DNA from: an uncultured Gammaproteobacteria bacterium
GTDB taxonomy: Bacteria > Patescibacteriota > Microgenomatia > Levybacterales > GWA1-39-11
NCBI GenBank assembly: GCA_964427615.1
Contig: CAYRUR010000002.1
Span: 81,847-145,846, forward strand
DNA: 64,000 bases
Direction: 5' to 3'
The notes beneath the pieces are model-generated. The model had not been told where the DNA came from. It saw only the letters and a program-made list of their open reading frames with translations, and did no database searches. Positions 58,090 through 64,000 of the stretch are shown here, in pieces (the first letter of the stretch is position 1; each line of letters begins with the position of its first letter). A program made the position numbers and the translations under genes.

Positions 58090-59226
58090 ATGATAAAGCA
58101 GCATATACTGCCTGGCACTAAAAAAATCGCAGTACTACGAGCAAACGGGCTTGGAGATTTCATGTTTGTGCTCCCCGCTCTACAAGCCATACGTGAAACA
58201 TACCCACAAGCAGAAATCGTTTATTTAGGAAAAAATTGGCATAAAGATTTTTTACATCAAAGACCTTCACCTATTGATAAAGTCATAGCCATTCCTAATA
58301 TAAAAGGAGTAGGAGAAGAAAATAATCAACTTGAAGATAAAAAAGAACAAAATCTTTTTTTTGAGAGGATGCAACAAGAGCAATTTGATCTGGCTTTGCA
58401 ACTACATGGAGGAGGAAAATACTCCAACCCATTTATAAAAAAATTAGGGGCCAAAATAACTGCTGGATTAAAAACCCCGGATGCAGAACCACTTACCATT
58501 TCCATTCCTTATATATATTACCAACATGAAATATTGCGCTATCTAGAAGTTGTCTCTTTTATAGGAGCTACGACAAGTAGGATAAATCCAAAAGTTGAGA
58601 TCACAAGAGAAGAAATTGAAGAAGCAAAACCTTTCTTAAGACACACCTCATACGCAGTGTTGCATCCAGGAGCTAGTGATTTAAGAAGAAGATGGCATCC
58701 TGAAAGATTTGCCTATCTTGGTGATTTTCTTGCTCAGCAAGGATTACCCGTATATATTACTGGAACAAAAGAGGAAGAAGAAACCGTAAGTAAAGTTGTG
58801 AGCCATATGCGAAAAAAAGCCATAAATCTTTGTAGTAAACTCTCTTTGAGAGGCTTAACAGGTCTCCTTTCTCAGACAGAAATAGTAATAGCAAATGATA
58901 CAGGACCTCTGCATCTTGCAGAAGCACTTGGCACTCCAACAGTTGGCATCTACTGGTGTGGTAATCTCATTAACGCAACTCCTCTGACACGTACTCTCAA
59001 TCGCGCACTTCCTTCTTGGATTACCATCTGTCCTCTGTGTGGCACTGACATTGCTCGTCCAGGATTTCCTTTTGAGTATGAGAAAACGAATTGTTCTCAT
59101 CTTACTTCTTTCGTAAATGCCGTAAGTACTGAGGAGGTTATTTCCGCTGTAACTCATTTGCTAGATCAGACTACAATCACCAAAAAAAGATACAAAGATA
59201 AACCTTTTCACTTTTTCCATAAATAA
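58090..59226 (+). CDS. family 9 glycosyltransferase (heptosyltransferase-like)
   Basis: 378 aa; N-terminal LRANGLGDFMFVLPALQAIRETYP typical of GT9. Confidence 0.65.
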   Translation: MIKQHILPGTKKIAVLRANGLGDFMFVLPALQAIRETYPQAEIVYLGKNWHKDFLHQRPSPIDKVIAIPNIKGVGEENNQLEDKKEQNLFFERMQQEQFDLALQLHGGGKYSNPFIKKLGAKITAGLKTPDAEPLTISIPYIYYQHEILRYLEVVSFIGATTSRINPKVEITREEIEEAKPFLRHTSYAVLHPGASDLRRRWHPERFAYLGDFLAQQGLPVYITGTKEEEETVSKVVSHMRKKAINLCSKLSLRGLTGLLSQTEIVIANDTGPLHLAEALGTPTVGIYWCGNLINATPLTRTLNRALPSWITICPLCGTDIARPGFPFEYEKTNCSHLTSFVNAVSTEEVISAVTHLLDQTTITKKRYKDKPFHFFHK

Positions 59227-59457
59227 CTAATTCTTTTTTATGAAGTCACTCTAAAAAGCACACTACCATAAATACTACAGGTTTATTAATTAATCCTCGC
59301 TATAAGAAAATCATACACTATTCATATCCAAAAAAAGAACAGGAAAAGGGTAATTCATATTACTATAAGATTTACTTCTCTTACCTGCTTCTTACTTACT
59401 TCTCGTTGTATTCTTAGGTTTTACCATTATCATAACTCGTGTAATAAAAAAAAAGTC

Positions 59458-60519
59458 ATGATAACGCAAAGACCCCTAAAAGCCATAAGAGTTAAACAAA
59501 TTGCAGTCTTAAGAGCACTTCAACTGGGTGATTTACTTGTTGCTATTCCTGCCATACGGGCTTTAAAAAAGGAATTGCCTAACGCAACTATTACCCTCAT
59601 TAGTCTTCCTTGTGCGGAAGAGTTTGTAAAACGATTTGATCATTACTTTGATGATTTTATTCCTTTCCCAGGATATCCAGGCCTTCCAGAACAAAAAATA
59701 TCTTTTGACAAACTAATTTCTTTTATACACGAAGTTAGAAAAAAACAATTTGATCTTCTGATCCAAATGCAAGGAAACGGTTCTGTCACCAACCCTTTGA
59801 TAGAGCTTCTCGGAGCAAAAAAAAATGCAGGCTACTATCGCAAAATAGATTATCAACCCAAAGGCTTATTCCTGGAATATCCAGAAGAAAAAAATGAGAT
59901 TGAAAAACATATGGCACTTATGCATTATCTTGGCATAAAACACAAAAGTACCCACCTTGAAATACCGGTAACTTCCCAAGAACAAAAAGAGACAGAAAAA
60001 ATAAAAAAAACCCATCGTCTCCACAACTATATAGGTATTCATCCAGGAGCAAGCAATAAGAATAAACAGTGGAATGCGCACCACTTCGCTTCTGTGGCTG
60101 ACTACTTTGCACTACAAGGATACCAAATCGTTGTTACCGGAACCACAAAAGACAAAAAAGCAGCAGATGATATGCAAAAATATATGCAGACAAAGCCTCT
60201 ATCCCTTATTGGAAAAACATCCTTGGGTATGCTAGCAGAAATTCTCCAATCTGCTCGCTTAGTCATCACCAATGACACGGCTACTTCCCACATAGCTTCA
60301 GCAGTAAAAACAAAAAGTGTGATTATCTTTTCTCCCTCATCACAAATACACCGCTGGAAACCACTTAATACCACAATACATATTGCTCTTTCTCCTAAAG
60401 ATACTCAAAATCCGCAATTTGTCATAGATACGGCACTACTATTATTAAACAACTCAAAAAAGTCAGAAACGTCGCAGTCAATAAATACGAAAACAAAACA
60501 CATACCAATTACTCTATGA
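59458..60519 (+). CDS. family 9 glycosyltransferase (heptosyltransferase-like), second copy
   Basis: 353 aa; VLRALQLGDLLVAIPAIRALKKELP. Confidence 0.65.
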   Translation: MITQRPLKAIRVKQIAVLRALQLGDLLVAIPAIRALKKELPNATITLISLPCAEEFVKRFDHYFDDFIPFPGYPGLPEQKISFDKLISFIHEVRKKQFDLLIQMQGNGSVTNPLIELLGAKKNAGYYRKIDYQPKGLFLEYPEEKNEIEKHMALMHYLGIKHKSTHLEIPVTSQEQKETEKIKKTHRLHNYIGIHPGASNKNKQWNAHHFASVADYFALQGYQIVVTGTTKDKKAADDMQKYMQTKPLSLIGKTSLGMLAEILQSARLVITNDTATSHIASAVKTKSVIIFSPSSQIHRWKPLNTTIHIALSPKDTQNPQFVIDTALLLLNNSKKSETSQSINTKTKHIPITL

Positions 60520-61526
60520 AAAACCAAACGCAAAAAAGAAAAAAAATATTTACCTGGCATATACATGGAAGTTACTTGTACTATCTTTCACAAACTAATA
60601 GCGACATTTTTCTTCCCACAAAGCCTGGAACACATGAAGGGTATACCGGAAAAAGCGGTCCCTTCCCCTGGCCGGATACCGTACATGAAATACCAGCAGA
60701 AGAGGTAAAAAATTATGATTTTGATCTTATCCTTTTCCAGTCAAAGAAAAATTATCAAGAGGATCAGTACGAAATTTTAAGTCCAAGACAAAGAACACTA
60801 CCCAAAGTTTATTTAGAACATGATCCTCCCCAACAACACCCCACAGACACGATACATTGGGTGCAAGACCCTTCCACCACCCTCGTACAGGTCACACACT
60901 TTAACGATCTCATGTGGGATACAGGAATAACACCCACAAAAGTAATAGAACATGGTGCAATCACACCTCCACCTGTTACCTATACTGGCACTATTCCCAA
61001 AGGAATTGTCGTAATTAACAACCTAAAAGAGCGAGGAAGAAGGCTTGGATATGACATTTTTGAAAAAGTCAGAAAAGAGATCCCGCTTGACATCGTTGGT
61101 ATGAATTCAAAAGAAATTGGCGGATTAGGAGAAGTTCCCCACCATGAACTGCCTGCTTTTATAGCTCAATACCGTTTCTTTTTTCATCCCGTTAGATATA
61201 CCAGTCTTGCACTTTCGCTTGTGGAGGCAATGATGGTAGGTATGCCTGTAGTTGCATTGTCAACCACAGAAATAACCAGTGTAATTAAAAACGGAGTAAA
61301 TGGGTATGCAGATACCAACATACAAAAACTCGTTGTGTACATGCACCTGCTTTTGGAGAATGAAGAACTGGCTCATGAAATAGGAAGAGGAGCCAAAATA
61401 ACTGCTCAACAAAAATATAATATCCACCGGTTTAGCAAAGACTGGGAACAACTTTTTACGCTTCTCACAGAAAAAGAAAATATTCTACCAAACTCACCAA
61501 GCATGACAAAAGGAGGAATTATATGA
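60516..61526 (+). CDS. family 4 glycosyltransferase
   Basis: 336 aa; EX7E region SLALSLVEAMMVGMPVV; overlaps neighbours by 4 nt. Confidence 0.65.
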   Translation: MKNQTQKRKKIFTWHIHGSYLYYLSQTNSDIFLPTKPGTHEGYTGKSGPFPWPDTVHEIPAEEVKNYDFDLILFQSKKNYQEDQYEILSPRQRTLPKVYLEHDPPQQHPTDTIHWVQDPSTTLVQVTHFNDLMWDTGITPTKVIEHGAITPPPVTYTGTIPKGIVVINNLKERGRRLGYDIFEKVRKEIPLDIVGMNSKEIGGLGEVPHHELPAFIAQYRFFFHPVRYTSLALSLVEAMMVGMPVVALSTTEITSVIKNGVNGYADTNIQKLVVYMHLLLENEELAHEIGRGAKITAQQKYNIHRFSKDWEQLFTLLTEKENILPNSPSMTKGGII

Positions 61527-63457
61527 AAAAAAGAATACTATTTATATCAGAACACGCTTCACCCCTTGCCACAGTAGGCGGGACAGATGCAGGAGGACAA
61601 AATATTTACGTAGATAAACTCGCAAAAGAGTTAGTGAAACTGGGATATGAAATAGATATTTTTACCCGCTGGGATAATACACAAGTTCCCCAAATTATTC
61701 ATTATCAGCAAGGAATTAGGGTAATTCATATAAAAGCTGGGCCAATTGCTCATCTACCCAAAGAAAAGCTCCTACCCTTCATGAATACATTTACCAAAAA
61801 TGCTCTGCGCTTTATAAAAAAAGAATCCTTACACTACAAACTTGTACATGCTCATTTTTTCATGTCCGCACTGGTAGCTGCAAGACTGAAGGAAAAATTA
61901 GGAATTCCTTTTGTAGTAACCTTCCATGCACTGGGCAAAGTCAGACGCTTACATCAAGGGAAACAAGATACGTTCTCAGACGGACGTTTTGCTATAGAGG
62001 AAATGGTTATCAAAGAAGCAGATCACATTATTGCCGAGTGTCCCCAAGACAGAGAAGATTTAATCTATCACTACAATGCAGACCAAAATAAAATTAGTAT
62101 TATCCCCTGTGGATTTGACCCCCATGAATTCTACCCTATGAATAAACAGCTAGCACGTCTTCAGCTTAAGATTAACCAGGAAGCGTTTGTCATACTACAA
62201 CTTGGACGGATAGTACCACGAAAAGGAGTAGACACCGTTATCAAAGCGGTAGGACATCTTTTGAGAAAAAGAGAAATACCACTAAAATTAATTATTGTCG
62301 GAGGAGACTCCAAAAAGCCTGACCCTGTTATCACGCCTGAAATTGGAAGACTGCAAAACTTAGCAAAAAAGGAAGGCATTACAATACACACTACTTTTAC
62401 GGGAAGAAAGGATAGAAATGAACTACTCACTTACTACAATGCAGCTGATATCTTTGTAAGCACCCCTTGGTATGAACCATTCGGTATTACTCCTCTTGAA
62501 TCAATGGCATGTGGAATCCCTGTTATAGGATCTGAAGTAGGAGGTATTCAATTTAGTGTAACCAACGGTAAAACTGGATTTCTGATACCTCCCAAAAACC
62601 ATAAGGCACTAGCAGAAAAAATAACACTGCTCTACGAAAATCAAAAACTACGAGAACAAATGAGTAATGCTGCCATTAAACGGGTCAACACCTTCTTTAC
62701 TTGGTCCACCGTTGCTTCTTCTGTTTCATCACTCTACGAAAAAATACTCTTCTCTAGTTTTACTCATACACAAGAACACCAAGATACCATTGATATTATA
62801 GAAAATAATTTTGATAACCTCTCTACAGTGATAGAAAATACAAAAAAAACGTTGCGTATTCCTATCTATCATGCTGCCTCAATTTTGGTAAAAAGTATTC
62901 GCTCTGAAGGAAAAATTCTGATTTGTGGCAATGGAGGTAGTGCATGTGATGCACAACATTTTGCAGTAGAACTAGTAGGACACTTCATGTTAGACAAAAG
63001 AACTGCACTCCCTGCTCTTGCACTCAATACTGACTCATCCATTTTAACTGCTGTTCCGAATGACTTTGCATTTACCGATGTTTTTGCCAGACAAGTAGAA
63101 GCATTAGGAAAGCCTGGAGATATACTTTTTGGCATAAGTACCAGCGGAAATTCTAAAAATATTCTTAAAGCATTTAAGCAGGCAAAAAAGAAAAATATGA
63201 TCTGTATTGGATTACTTGGAAAAAATGGAGGTGCTTTAAAAGAGTTATGTGACATTGCTCTCGTAGTCCCATCAAATAATACCCAAACAATTCAGGAAAT
63301 ACATACCAACATTATTCACACCTTGTGTGAAATTATAGAAAAGCAACTCTTTTCCTCAAAAACAACTCCAAAAAAAGCACAGGTTGCATCACCACCTCAC
63401 CCTAAGAAGGCATTGTACCAACTGAATTTGCAAGAAGAGGAGGAGGAGGAAGAATAA
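61523..63457 (+). CDS. fusion protein: SPS/MshA-like GT4 glycosyltransferase (aa 1-~410) + SIS-domain sedoheptulose-7-phosphate isomerase GmhA (aa ~440-620)
   Basis: N-terminal ASPLATVGGTDAGGQNIYV; C-terminal ILICGNGGSACDAQHFAVELVGHF...FGISTSGNSKNIL classic GmhA motifs. Confidence 0.75.
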   Translation: MKKRILFISEHASPLATVGGTDAGGQNIYVDKLAKELVKLGYEIDIFTRWDNTQVPQIIHYQQGIRVIHIKAGPIAHLPKEKLLPFMNTFTKNALRFIKKESLHYKLVHAHFFMSALVAARLKEKLGIPFVVTFHALGKVRRLHQGKQDTFSDGRFAIEEMVIKEADHIIAECPQDREDLIYHYNADQNKISIIPCGFDPHEFYPMNKQLARLQLKINQEAFVILQLGRIVPRKGVDTVIKAVGHLLRKREIPLKLIIVGGDSKKPDPVITPEIGRLQNLAKKEGITIHTTFTGRKDRNELLTYYNAADIFVSTPWYEPFGITPLESMACGIPVIGSEVGGIQFSVTNGKTGFLIPPKNHKALAEKITLLYENQKLREQMSNAAIKRVNTFFTWSTVASSVSSLYEKILFSSFTHTQEHQDTIDIIENNFDNLSTVIENTKKTLRIPIYHAASILVKSIRSEGKILICGNGGSACDAQHFAVELVGHFMLDKRTALPALALNTDSSILTAVPNDFAFTDVFARQVEALGKPGDILFGISTSGNSKNILKAFKQAKKKNMICIGLLGKNGGALKELCDIALVVPSNNTQTIQEIHTNIIHTLCEIIEKQLFSSKTTPKKAQVASPPHPKKALYQLNLQEEEEEEE

Positions 63458-63461
63458 TACT

Positions 63462-64000
63462 ATGCATACATTAGAAGATAAAGTAGCAATTATAACAGGA
63501 GGAAGTCAAGGACTAGGAAAAGCAATCGCTACTACTCTTGCCCAAAATGGAGCAACAGTTATCATTGCTGATATAAAAGCAGAACAAGCAAGAGAGACAG
63601 CTAACCAGCTAATGGAGGAAGGATACAAAGCAAAAGGAGTATTTGTAGACGTATCTGAGGAAAAAGAAGTGGAAGATTTACTCTCAAAGACAAAAGAAAA
63701 GTACGGAACATTGGATATTATTATCAACAATGCAGGCGTTGATAAAACAAAATTGATTACTGATCTAACTGTTAAAGAATGGGATATGGTTATAGATGTC
63801 AATTTACGAGGACCCTTTTTGATGACAAAATACGCGTTTGATATTATGCAAGACCAGTCCACAGGAGGTCATATTGTAAATATAACCTCTACTGCTGCCA
63901 AACGTGCTTGGGCAGAAGCCTCTGCCTATCACGCAAGCAAATGGGGATTACTAGGATTTAGCTATGCCAGCCATGTAGAAGGAAGAGCATACAACATAAA
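63462..64000 (+). CDS. short-chain dehydrogenase/reductase (SDR), 5-prime part; continues beyond window end
   Basis: translated by hand: MHTLEDKVAIITGGSQGLGKAIA... TGxxxGxG, NNAG, YHASK motifs; not in ORF track because no stop within window. Confidence 0.7.
   Translation, partial: MHTLEDKVAIITGGSQGLGKAIATTLAQNGATVIIADIKAEQARETANQLMEEGYKAKGVFVDVSEEKEVEDLLSKTKEKYGTLDIIINNAGVDKTKLITDLTVKEWDMVIDVNLRGPFLMTKYAFDIMQDQSTGGHIVNITSTAAKRAWAEASAYHASKWGLLGFSYASHVEGRAYNI

Noticed and set aside
1-64000. Transposase, integrase or an intact prophage
   Set aside because: No DDE, serine- or tyrosine-recombinase, capsid, terminase or portal motifs were recognised. The SSAP plus helicase pair is at most a remnant.

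Overview
Low-GC (roughly 33-36% by eye), gene-dense bacterial chromosomal segment with about 70 protein-coding genes and no rRNA, no CRISPR array, no transposase or integrase, and no convincing tRNA. Family calls rest on motifs I can read in the supplied translations.

Housekeeping and respiratory content:
- An E. coli-like cytochrome bo3-type quinol oxidase operon, cyoABCDE (5665-10627). Subunit II lacks CuA cysteines, and cyoA looks leaderless behind an extended -10.
- A flavin/deazaflavin-flavoured block (11968-15761): PNPOx-like, LLM-class and PPOX-class split-barrel enzymes, ribA, an FNR-like reductase, and an ArsR regulator with a palindromic operator.
- A Fur-family regulator with a metal ABC importer (zur-znuACB-like), a CaCA exchanger and a YciE ferritin-like protein.
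- Two sensor kinases and one receiver-only response regulator.
- Envelope and proteostasis genes: HtpX, site-2 protease with CBS domains, L,D-transpeptidase, C39-like peptidase with TPR repeats, a BON-domain protein, MgtC.
- A UDP-glucose dehydrogenase / UDP-xylose-synthase-like / GT2 operon beside a PIG-L deacetylase, a WbqC-like gene and a GH18-like gene.
- A glycan cluster at the window end: two GT9 heptosyltransferase-like genes, a GT4, an unusual GT4-GmhA (sedoheptulose-7-P isomerase) fusion, and an SDR.

Non-standard observations I would follow up:
1. A 5.2-kb, four-gene, translationally coupled sulfur/PLP cassette: SufS-like desulfurase, CysK/CBS-rhodanese fusion, fold-III PLP decarboxylase, SIMIBI ATPase. 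It is bracketed by ~73-bp direct repeats that duplicate the cyoA promoter plus its first 18 codons.
2. A dispersed, modular intergenic repeat family at five loci or more, including a 21-nt exact inverted match between two distant sites.
3. A (GACA)4 tract directly after an ATG that sits out of frame with a DUF218/YdcF-like ORF. That fits either a phase-variation switch or a frameshift.
4. A secreted protein with a near-identical ~450-bp internal tandem duplication (two CBM-like beta-sandwich modules) plus a Cys/His-rich C-terminal domain of unknown function that looks GC-richer than its surroundings.
5. A three-fold tandem zinc-ribbon protein with topoisomerase-type C4 fingers.
6. A Rad52/Sak-like annealing protein plus a PIF1/RecD-like helicase module.
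7. An orphan AbiEii-like nucleotidyltransferase next to a repeat element.

The organism cannot be assigned from sequence alone. An isolated bo3 oxidase in a streamlined, low-GC genome is reminiscent of some small-genome lineages, but that is inference only.
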